Positions 23,701 through 35,400 of a stretch of 64,000 nucleotides of DNA are shown in pieces. Under the pieces are notes generated by a model. It had not been told where the DNA came from. It made no database searches and was given only the letters and a program-made list of their open reading frames with translations. Origin of the DNA: Azolla caroliniana (Eukaryota > Plantae > Polypodiophyta). Position numbers and translations under genes: made by a program. Positions within the stretch are counted from its first letter, which is position 1; each line of letters begins with the position of its first letter. The stretch spans positions 16,306,001-16,370,000 of the forward strand of contig JBHGNT010000017.1 in NCBI GenBank assembly GCA_043228905.1. The letters are read 5' to 3'.

Positions 23701-26700
23701 CCAGGTGATAGGCATGTTGTTAAAGTATTTGTGCGCCTTGACTTCTATAGAGTTGGAGATCCATGGCATGTTACTGGTTGTAATCTCTACGTCTATTAGA
23801 TCAAAAGAGAAGCCGATAGCCGATAGCTTGTTTCGTTCAGCAACAACTACATAAACCCTTAGCCCTAGGGCTTTCTCATGAGACAAATCAATCAGTCTTG
23901 TGAGAGCCTGCTGACTAAACCTATATCCCTTGTCCAACATGTCCCCTTCCAATATTTTTGACCTAACAAATTTGACTGGAACTCTAACATCTACCTCCGT
24001 ACTTACTTGTCTCAACTCTTGCAACTTCTGAATTTCGGGAGTCACTGTGATGGATAAGCTTTCTTGACACCTCCCCTTACGTAACCAATCTTTCATTTCT
24101 CTCAATCCAATACTTCCACTTTTGCCAATGGAGGAAGGGGAGCTCATGGTAGATTCTTGTCTAAGTGTTGCACTTTTTAACAGGACCTCGGGTGTACATG
24201 CTACCACATCTTCAACAATAGTTTTCCTTGGATCCTGTGCTCGATCCTCCTCTTCTTGCAACACTTCAAAACGATTTCTCAAATCTACATGAGACATATC
24301 CATGTTTACTTCTCGTTGCAAGCCATTTTTGTGTCCCAAAACACGAGTCCAACCACTTGCACTAGTGTTCGCCTTCTCAACCCCATTAAGGGTACTCGAT
24401 CTTGTCACCCTTATCATCTCTTGCTTAGCTAACGGCCTCATAACCTTCTCCCCCCTTACATTACTATTAATCTTCCTTGGACATTCATTAGCAATGTGGC
24501 CCATTTTTTTTACAATAGAAACATTGGCTAGGTAGACCCTCATATTCCACTTCCACATCTATCAATCTTGCCTCCACATCATGCACCCTAATTATAGAGG
24601 GGAGTGTGGACAAACTTTGCACAAGCAACCTAATCTTAGGGGATTCTCTGATTTTGTCTACCATGGTTGCCTTGCCTAACCACATTCTTGCAAAAGATTT
24701 TCCACTTGGAACGTGTACTCCGTGGCCTCCCTCTCCACAATAGCCAACCCTTGAGGCGAAATTCTACATCCTTTAACTTTAAGATCATTGGATATTGTAG
24801 ATCCAATAAAATTGGAAGTTGTTGCCACATAGTGGACTATAATTAGACCTATAAAATCATCATCATCTTGTTTTAAGTATCCTAAAGAAAAATTTCAAGT
24901 ATGTTATAGTTTCTTCTTATCCATGTTCCAAAATGAATTGACAAAATAAATTTACAAATCAAATTATTATATCACGATATGCATACCATTGTATCATGTG
25001 GATGTCTTATCTTGTCTATAGAACACACAAATGATACATGTATGTGTTGCGAAAAACAAAATCACATGTGTGTTTGTTTGGGGGGGGGGGGGGGGGGGGG
25101 GGGGGCTAAAATATAGGCACTTATTCTACTATAATATATGTAGAGACCACATGGGAGTTGCTCCAAGTGGTCCAATAGATATTGATAGGTCAAAGGAAAA
25201 AGTGGATGCATGGAATTTCGATGTGATTAGCGTTGACCAAGTTGATTTCATATTATCTTAGACAATGACATTATAGAATCATTGATACAAGTAAAATGCA
25301 CACGTTTGATGGTCTCTTTGACATAACATGTCACATGGGTTATCTTGCAAAAGCCAAAACTATTATGTTTACTCAAAGATTAAAAAAAATTAAAACTATA
25401 GTGGATTGAATTGTTCAAATTGAAAGCTAGGCGTTGATTGATACAATGAAGGTAAATTACAAACGTTAAGCATGTAGACCATGCCTGGATTGGACACTTA
25501 ATTGTTTAATCATTAGGAGTAAACACAAACATCAAGAAGCACCACAAATTAAAAAATGGGCAAACTTTGTTAGCCCATACTCTCCCCGTACTATGGGAGC
25601 AAATATGTGTATATAGAGGACATATGTCACATTTTATTGGATTATGTGAGGGTCAAATGAAAAGGAGTGACTAAACTTAATCATTGTCCATGAAATGAGG
25701 TGGCAAAACAAACAACACACAAAATTTAGTTTTGATTTGGTTGAATTGAATGTTTGAATTGGGAACTTGATGAAAGTTGTGTTTGATGAAAATCATCAGA
25801 CGCTAGGTAGGAATCGCTTACAGTTTACAAATTACAATTATGTACATGACTTTGCAAAGCATGTGCATTGATCAACGCCAATATGAATATCGCCAACATA
25901 TGGAAACTAGTATTCGAGACATGACAACACCTAGAGAAGGAAGTATGGAGTAGTCTTCAGGAAAGAAATGCATCTGAGTGCATTCATCACTAGGAGTATT
26001 CACTTTTTAATGATCCATGATGGAACACACAAAGTCATTAGAAGTGCAATGTCAGCATGGTGGTAGAATAAGTGTGAATAATGACAATAATCACTAGGGT
26101 TTCTCACTTCTTAAGGTTCCATGATGGATCAAAGTTAACAAGAATTGGAATGTTAAATTAGTATATGTAACCCAAAGTGGTATTTTCCATGTTGCGCTCA
26201 AGTATCATCAAGTTGTTTGAGTGTTATTGTTTGCAAGTAGAGAAATGAACTTGTAAGGTTATTTGGAGCATGTCATGATTGTTTAGATTTGGTTGACGTG
26301 GTTGATGTGGTTGATGTGGTTGATGTGGTTGATGTGTCATATGGTGTGTCTGTGCACGTGGGTATGGGTATGGGGTTGAATTTCATTTATTTTGAGTCGC
26401 TTGTTAGGTGATCTCATGTATGTACCATACAATTTGTATGTGTGAATATACATGTCAAAGGAATGGACCTATTTTGATTTATCACATTATTTGTACGATT
26501 CTTCATGTCATGGATGTGAATTTATACAAAATGGCATGAAATTACTTCAAAACCACCACATCAAAATCTTCTTTGATTATTTTCTTTACATGTGATGTTA
26601 AATTGTACAACCTTGTTATATTAAAGGTACATAATAATGATCGATTCGAGAACTCAATGACATGCATTATGTCAAAGGATGCATATGGTATTTCACTCTG

Positions 26701-28964
26701 TAATACTTACAACAATTGTATAATGGTTTGAGAAATTCACAAACAAACTTATACTTGTTAAAGGTAAGAGTGATTTGCTTTTTGGCCAATGCCACGAGAT
26801 CTATCATATGATGTGATAAGTTTTGCTTTATAAGTTCAATCAAAGACTCCATTTTTAAAAAATTATTAATACTTCAAATCTGGAAGTCGATTATTTTAAG
26901 AACTATGAGTTTTCTAGCGATGATCTAGAAGGACCATGTTAGTTAGAACAAGACACATCATGTGAGGGAAGACATGTTTGAACATAAGACTCACATATCA
27001 GTATCGTACTTGATACAAGCAATATTTAATATGGTTACACAAATTACACTCGCTCAAATGTTGGGCTATGGTAGGTTTCTTTGACACATGCTAATAGCCT
27101 AATGCCGTCCATCTAATAAGAATACTCATAATCTATAGTAGGTTTCTTTTAGGTTTCCTTCACACATGCTAATAGCCTAATGTCATCCATGTAATAAGAG
27201 TACTCATGAATGTGAATTGTCCTGTTTTCCCCCCTATTTTGAAGAGATTTGTTCATTCTAATAAGTTATTGGAAAAGTAGGAGAAGAAGAAGGGGGGAGA
27301 GAAAGCAAGGAACATGCAACCCTTACCATATAAACATAGCATGTGTAAATACATAAGCACATCTACATATTACTATTCACATTACGAAGATCATGCCACC
27401 CACATGTAGGTATAGGAAAATCAACTAACATTGCCATAATAACAATTTTGTGCTCAATAGTATTGGGAGAAACACATAAGGACATTTTATTTTTTAATGA
27501 ATTTTTTTGGGTTTCAAGGTCTTGCACTCCATACGTTACGCCCAATTTAGCATGAAAGTTCATGATAAGAAGCTAGACATTTTGGTTTGCAAGCACAATC
27601 ATTATTGGACGAGGCTAAGAATTCCTATAACTATTGGCAAGTGATGTTACTACTTCTTAACTTTCGACATACAAATGCTCAGATAGAATGCATGCATGTG
27701 TATTTATGTGGAGAAATACAAAGGGAAAAGTGAATTGATTTAATGAGGCAAATTTTAACACATGATCCTTTCATTTAGCTTTGGGTGGTATGGGAATAAA
27801 ACCTAATTGCATCAAGAGTCGTCTCTATGCTATATCAAGTCTAACACAAATTAGTTTAGTATGCCTAGGGACCGGCTAGGATCACACAATGATTGAGGTG
27901 TGGAAAAGAGTTGAATCTAAATTAGTTAGGAAATTTGGCAAAAGTACAATAACTACTTAGGGAGGTTTTTTTAGAATATTAAGTGATTTTTGCAATTTAC
28001 TGATCTTTTAGAATATTAAGTGATTATTGTGAAGCTAATTAATTAATTGTAAAGCCTTTCACTACCTAAATTATTATCATATTGACAAGTCAAGAATTTG
28101 ATTAAAACTTGAGCATATGTTTGCCTTGTTCATCTGCTATAGAAAAGACAATGCCACTTTAGAAGTATTTATAAATTAATTATAATTATGAAATATTACT
28201 GTGTAAGGCAAACTTTGCAACACATCACATGAGGAAATGATACAAGAGATTGCACGTTCTCTTGTTTCAATGAGATTTTAATGTATAAGAACACATGTCC
28301 ATTGTCTATGATCAACTCTTAGCTATTTAAGGTATTTAAGTCTTGTCATAATCTTGCATTTTTAGAGTCTAGACCCATTTAGACTTTGTGGAGAAAGGTA
28401 GCAATATGTATAGTATTGTTTCTATGGCTAGGCTAAGAAATTTTGGGCACTCAAAAAACTCATTTAGATGTTTGAAATGGAAGTAGCATATGACTAAGAG
28501 TCACTAACTTTCCGCCCATCTCGATGACTTTTATTTATGTAAAGAAAGAAGAGAGTATGTGAGAAGATAAGGCGCGAAGAGACAAAGCATTATGTGAAAA
28601 TGTTATGGTAACATATGACAAAACTTTCCACGCAAAAAGGTGAAATCATGAGTGTTCTTGTGTTGATGTAATGTCAATCTTAACTCGTGGAATACTTGTA
28701 AATGATATATCTAATAAGCGAATCACAATAGAACTACGGTGTCCAAATACTCAAAAAAGTTATTGTGTTTGATATAACTCCAAGTCAATTATATTACAAG
28801 AAGCACATATGAAATAAGATCATGAAGGTTGGTTACTAAAGAGGACAGACATTTCTTTTGAATTTGCATATAAATATAAATAGCAGTTTACAAACATTTG
28901 TTTTCCAACAGATTATATTTTACAAATAGGAAACCTCAAATTCATGTTGTAAACAATATACTTA

Positions 28965-28990
28965 AACACGCACGCACGCACGCGCATACA

Positions 28991-29022
<32 letters not shown>

Positions 29023-29064
29023 GACATATAGATACATACATACATACATACATACATACATACA

Positions 29065-29095
<31 letters not shown>
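28965..29095. repeat. (CACG)n/(TACA)n microsatellite
   Basis: Long run of tacatacataca, visible directly. Confidence 0.95.
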
Positions 29096-29097
<2 letters not shown>

Positions 29098-29393
29098 TAT
29101 AGATAAATATAAAAGAAGGGTGCATAATGTGTTTGTATTTGATGCATAGGGAGTGTAAAGACATATGAGGCAATTGAAAGGTAGTTCGCTTTTATAGTTT
29201 TGGAATCAGGAAAATTCGACGGTCATAGTTGCAAAGTAAGTCCAACGTGTGTTTTTATCTAGTACCATATTCAAATAATGTTTTGGCCTCTTTGTGAAAT
29301 GGCCTCGTAGGTGTACACAAGCCCACATGGATCCTTATGGGTAATTGGTCTTAAGATCTTCATAGTTTCTTTTGTATAGTTAATTAAGACAAA

Positions 29394-29436
29394 AGAGAGA
29401 GAGAGAGAGAGTGTGTGTGTGTGTGTGTGTGTGTGT
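29394..29436. repeat. compound (GA)n(GT)n microsatellite
   Basis: Visible directly. Confidence 0.95.
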
Positions 29437-30603
29437 GCACGTGTGATATCGGTGTAGTATTTTACACATATCATTAATATAACGCGTGTCTTCACACAAA
29501 AAAACAAAAGAAGGGGCATGAAGTTCTTCCAAGTTAAGCAGAATAAAAAGAATAGGTGCTCTATTGTAAAAGTACCAAAATGGACTTTGAATCTTATTCA
29601 CTTATTGTGAGATCATTGATAATAATAAAAAGTATTGCACGAGCATATGATGTCGATCTCGTTGATATGACATCGCACATGGCTCATCTTGAAAAAGCTA
29701 GATACATTCTTTGAGATCTAGAAGCTGGGTCATATGAATTCCCCTCACCTAACTTCGAGACGACATTGAAAACTTTATGGTAATCGATATAATGAAAGGT
29801 AAACATGCCAACATTAGAGCATGCACACCATGCCTGGAAAGGGAACCTTGATTACCATCATGATGAGACTGAACACATACACAGAGAAGAAGCCAGTATA
29901 GAAATACGTGCACATAATTGTAGCCCATGCTTTTAATTTCTGAGGAGCAAGCGTGTGCATATATATGCTCGACATACGACACATTTTCTACTGTGTCATG
30001 AGATCATCGTATCAAAAGTGAGTAAATGAGTTAATAGTTGTGTATGAAACGAAGGGCACAGAACAAAAATTTAAACTCGAGCAATCCACTTTTTTGTCTG
30101 GTTGTATGGAATGTCGAGTTCAAGGCTTTGATGCAATGTTGGATCCTATGAGGTCGACAAAAAACGCATCGAAATTCGAGGTTAGCAAGGCGCTGCCAAG
30201 AGGAACGAAGTATGACTTTATGCGAAGTATTACAAGACATGTAGTGTAAGTTAGCTTTTAATCTTAGTAGGGGCCAATTTGGGAATCAACGGATAGATAT
30301 ACATAGGAGCTTTGGAGTACAAGCCTCATCCGGAAAGAGATATATATATGTATAGAGAGAGATATATGTGTCATGTGGGTGATGTGTGAACCAGGGGAAT
30401 TAGACATCTCCCTTTCGCTTTCACTGCACGTGTCAACCGAACATGGTGTGTTTGGGAGGAGTTTGCATTGATTGAGGGAAGATAAAGCGACACATGAGGT
30501 GGTGTGGGGTGTGGGGTGTGGGTGTAGGTGTAGGTGTAGGTGTGTACCATGGTGGACTCAAGTGTTGACTCTGGTGTGTCTACTTGCAAGGCAAGCATGC
30601 GTG

Positions 30604-31000
30604 CATACAATACAATACAATATAGTACAATACAGTGGATGCGAGGTGTGCTCGGATGGACAGTGTCTAGGATGGACAGTGTCTCGAATGCACATGCACT
30701 ATACAGTACAATACAGTACAAGACAATACAATACAGTGAACGCGAGGAGTGCTCGGATGGACAGTGTCTCGGATGCACATAAACCGGTCGGAATCGTATG
30801 TACAAATCAAGGGATGGAACATAGTGGAGATGGAGACCGAGAAGGGGATTGTGATGGTGATGATTTTGTAGTTATATGAGAGTTCTTCATTGATGCTCAT
30901 TTCTTTGAGGGTTTGGGATTCGAACCCACTAGTTATAGTTCTGCTTTGCCTGTTACAAACCATTATAACTTCTGCTTTGCCTGTTACAAACCATTATAAC
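30604..31000. repeat. local duplications (~110-bp unit with tacaa/tacag repeats at 30604-30780; 30-bp tandem at ~30933-31000)
   Basis: tgctcggatggacagtgtct occurs twice; ttctgctttgcctgttacaaaccattataac occurs twice. Confidence 0.85.
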
Positions 31001-32364
31001 TTTGCGTGTCACAAAAGACCATTGAAGAAGATCTAATTCTCCGACACATTTGAAGAAGAGAGTAAGGATAAAAAGAAGAAGAAGGAAAAGCACTAGGAAC
31101 ATGAAGGACATAAATGTAAAATATATATTTGCTTTTTTTTTATAACTTAGAAGGTTTTATTTTAAAGAAGAGAGTAAAAAGGAAAAGCACTAGGAACATG
31201 AAGGACATAAATGTAAATATATATATATATATATTTGCTTTTTTATATATATATTTATTATTAACTAATATTTAATTAAAGAAGGAAAATGTAGATAAAA
31301 AATAATAAAAGTGAGGAATTAATATATTTAATTTTTTTCCTTTTTAAAAAAGGCAAGTGTGATGTTGACACATAGCATGCGGTCCCTCTCCGTGTCTTTT
31401 TTTTATTTATTAATAAAATAAGTAATAAATAATTTGTTTATATAAATTTAAATAAATAAATATGTAAAGCCAAGTCTCATGAGTACCATAAAAACAATTA
31501 AATGGATTTAGTTTAATTAATTAAATCTATAAATAACTAATTTATTTAAATTATGTAAAGCCAAATCTTAGATAAACTATTACACCCCCCCCCATCGGAA
31601 ATCTATAAATATAATTAGTTTAATTAATTAATTAAGTAATTAATTAGATTTATTTGATCTGCGGGGAAAGACTTAGATTTCTAATATATAATAAATAATT
31701 TAGTAAAATACAGAAATCCGAGAGAATAATTCTTTAATTTTTAAATGGGAAAAATTTCAAAAAACAATTAAAGCTTTTTTTGGCCGATGGATTTATGCAT
31801 ACATATATATACATATAATTAAACGATCAGTTTTTAACTTTCAGCTCTCGCTCGCCTAATAATCCTGCTGCTGCTGCTTAATCACGTGATTAAGTACTCG
31901 CTAATCTCTCCAATTCACTACTCATCGGCTATCCTCCTCCTTAATCGCATGTTCGAGTACCCGATAATCACTCCAATTGAGCCATCAAGTATTTCTCTAA
32001 CCTCCCTCCCGAATCGCTAATCACTCTCCGTTTCTCTAATCTCCCGATTAAGTCAATCGCTAATCTCTCTCTTGAAATGCATGATTAAGCCAATCACGAA
32101 TTCACCTCTCGAATCGCATGGCTAATCAATCACGCGTTTAAGTAAATTGCTAATTACTCGCTCCGCGTCTCTCTAATTACATGCTTTATTAATTACTACC
32201 CTAATTGCAGCATCAAACCACACATGTTAAATGATTAGTGCGGGTTAATTCAGGTTGATCGGACGTAATTAACGATTGGAGAGTGCGCACAGAAGGATCG
32301 ACAACGTGAGCTGAATCACGATCAGAATCGCTAATTTCCATCGTGATCATATATTAGATTAATT

Positions 32365-32479
32365 ATGGTAGCTTGGATCGATTACCTGCGTGGATTATTG
32401 TATGGATGGAAGCTATCCATCACCGCGGAGGAGGTGACGGAAGGCTTGAAATTAAATCACTTAACCGTGATTATCACAG
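32365..32479 (+). CDS. SDR exon 1
   Basis: MVAWIDYLRG...TAEEVTEG...TVIITG; donor gtaatt. Confidence 0.88.
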
Positions 32480-35400
32480 GTAATTAATTGCACCAGTAGG
32501 TGAGGTCTCATTTGGATGAATCCTGTCAAAAGATTGAAAGGAGCACAATTAGTTAGCATGCATGTTTGTAATTAGTCTCGCAGCTAACAATTAATTAATT
32601 AATCTCCGGACTTTTATTTTATTTTATCGTGATTCAGCTCATGGGCTATGTAATTAGTGTCCTACCTACGATTAATCGTGGGGTTCCTTTTTCTTGTCGA
32701 GTTTAGTGGATTGGATTGGATTAGTGACGATTAATCGCGGGGCTTTTATTTTTTCCGTCGGGTTTAGTGGATTGGATTGGATTAATGACAATTAATCGCG
32801 GGGCTTCTTCTTTTTCGTCGAGTTTAGTGGATTGGATTGGATTGGATGAGTGACAATTTAATTGCGGGGCTTTTATTTTTTTCGTCGAGTTTTAGTGGAT
32901 TGGATTAGATTAGTGACAATTAATAATGGGGCATTTTCTTTTTTCGTCGAGTTTAGTGAATTGGATTGGATTGGATTAGTGACAATTAATCGTGGGGCTT
33001 TTATTTCTTGTTGTCGAGTTTAGTGGATTGAATTGGATTGGATTAGTGACAATTAATCGCAGGGCTGCCATTTTTTCCTGGTCGAGTGTACTGGATTGGA
33101 TTGGATTAGCAACGATTAATCACGGAGCTTTTTAATATTTTTTTCATCGAGTTTAGTGGATTGGATCGGGCTAGCACCGACTAATCATGGGGCGCTTTTT
33201 ATCGTGGTAGTCGTGTGTTCATGGATCAAAAGGTTGAATGAGTGGATTTAAATGGGATTGATTTTTGTTGTAAACTTGTGTTTTTGGATGAAGAGGTATA
33301 TAATGAGTAGCTTTATGGGATTGATTTTCCAAGCTAATTGATGAATAGGGCAAATTATGATGTGTCATTTGGCTTTAAATGAAAAATGTGAGAAAAAATT
33401 ATTACTATAGGGGCGACATCGGGGATCGGGGAGGAGGTGGCGCGTGTGTTGGCGAGGCGCGGGGCGCGTGTCGTGATCGGGGCACGGAGCTTGAAGCGGG
33501 GTGCCGCGGTCAAGGAGCGCGTGGAGGCCTCCATGAAGAGCATGGGGTCCGGAGGAGGAGGTTCGGTGAGCGTGATGGAGCTCGACCTGAGCTCGCTCGC
33601 CTCAGTCCGCCGCTTCGCCGCCCACTTCTTGAGCCTCAACCTCCCACTCAACATCCTCATGTAAGTGTGTATGTATGTATGTATGTATGTATAACCCACA
33701 TGGAAAGAGTTTTTCCTAGAGTTTGGTAACCCCTGGTCATGTGGTCTAAGACTCTCTTTTGACCCATCCTCTAGTTTTCCTAGAGTTTGGTCACTTGGCC
33801 ATGTGGTCTAAAACTCTCTTTTGACCTCATTGGGAAGCTTGGGGTGTGACCCATCCATCCTCTAGTTTTCCTTGAGTTTGGTCACTAAGTGGTCATGTGG
33901 CCTAAGACTCTCTTCTGACCTCATTGGGAAGCTTGGGATGTGACCCCATCCTCTAGTTTTCCTAGAGTTTGGTCACTTGGGTCATGTGGTCTAAGACTCT
34001 TAAGACCTCATTGGGATGGTTGGGTATGTATGATCCATCCCACATGGGAAAGAGTTTTCATAGAGTTTGGTCACTTGGTTCATGTGGTCTAAGACTCTTA
34101 AGACCTCGTTTCCTAATGCGGGGCATACAAGTTTTCCTATGGTTTGGTCATCTGGTAAGACCTAATTTCCCAATGTGGCAGACACAAGTTCTCCCATGTG
34201 GTCGTAACTCTTAAGAACTCATTTCCCAATGTGGGTGACAAATGCTTTTCGAGAGTTTGGTCACTCGATCATGTTGTCATGTGGTCTACACTCTCTAAGA
34301 CCCCATTTCCTAAAGTGGCGAACAAAAGACTTCCAATAACATATGAAGATAGGCTTTTCCCTCCTCCTTGATTGGTTTACAGTAGGACATTGCGACGTGA
34401 ACCAAGCTCTCGATGCCCACATGGATGATTCATATAATAAAATACTCTTGTATCACATCGTTTTCATATGACTGTGGTGCTCCTGAAAGAAACCATAACA
34501 TGAAGGCCTCAACCCTTAGAAGTCTTTTTATAAATGGCATAGAATCCCACGCTTCTCCCAGCTTTTGAGATTAGCTCGATTCCCATTCCTCGATGTTATG
34601 TATTGTTGCCACTGCATCATAGAAACTAGTCGTTAAGTTTGCTTGGCCTCACCTACAAAAGCTTATAGTTTATTTATGGCTTCATGTATAAGTAGTGTGG
34701 TGCTTGTGCCTTAGTCATCGTACAACATATGTCTAAAACATAACTCAATGGTGTGTCCTAATCGAGAGTAAGTGCGAAAATGTGTCAAAAGTCGTTATAA
34801 AAATGGTTTCATGATTAGACAATTTGTGGATTCGTAAAAGTAAACACCATGAGATTTTCTACTTTTTTCTTTTTTTCTTGGGCCCATTGGTATGCAGCAA
34901 TAATGCGGGAGTGTGCAGTAAGACATTCAAGAGATCGGAGGATGGATTAGAGATGAACTTTGCAACAAATCATTTAGGTATATATACAATCTTATGATAT
35001 ATTTAAACTTATATAAATCAAGGCATGCAATGTGGCCTCCATATCACTATTCAATCCATCATTGATATTCTTGTATAATTGAATGGATAAATGAATGATG
35101 ATGAATGTGTGTACTTACATTGAATGGATAGGTCACTTTTTGCTTACGGAATTGGTGTTGGAGAGGATGGTGGAGACTGCCAAAAGTAGTGGTGTCGAAG
35201 GACGCATTGTCAATGTTTCGTCTTGCCTTCATACTTGGTCTAGTTCCTCGGGGATCCCCTTCCACAAACTCATGTCAAATGACCAACATTCTAGGTGTGT
35301 GTGCGTGCTCACATGTTTTTCTCTACACACTTTCGTCACTAAAAAGTTTTTCAAGACTCTCTTTGTTTCGCCCTTTTTTTTATGTTATTTACTCTTCTCA

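Larger units (their letters stand above)
13450..24830 (-). mobile_element. L1-clade LINE, degenerate, interrupted by the gypsy at 15182-20774
   Basis: ORF1 with CCHC (CFYCKKMGHIANEC) ~24830-23431. ORF2 from 23434 (MKLIMWNIQGLGG): endonuclease (SRID...SDH), RT (QGCPLAPYL, YADD) 21258-22208, zf-RVT 14079-14288. Ends approximate. Confidence 0.9.

Noticed and set aside
25080-25105. Poly-G run as a functional G-quadruplex element
   Set aside because: A simple homopolymer with no supporting context; its length is error-prone.
30908-30922. Isolated antisense B-box-like GGGATTCGAACCC
   Set aside because: No A box at the right spacing and no LTR or SINE boundaries.
28913-30963. ORFs with MYVC, HTHT or YCIVL repeats
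   Set aside because: They are translations of microsatellites and local duplications.
32058-32071. cgctaatctctctc matching the RTEX-like 3' tail
   Set aside because: Too short and low-complexity, with no upstream homology to the element.
32667-33200. CRISPR-like array
   Set aside because: Units are similar along their whole length with no unique spacers; there are no cas genes and the array lies in a spliceosomal intron.
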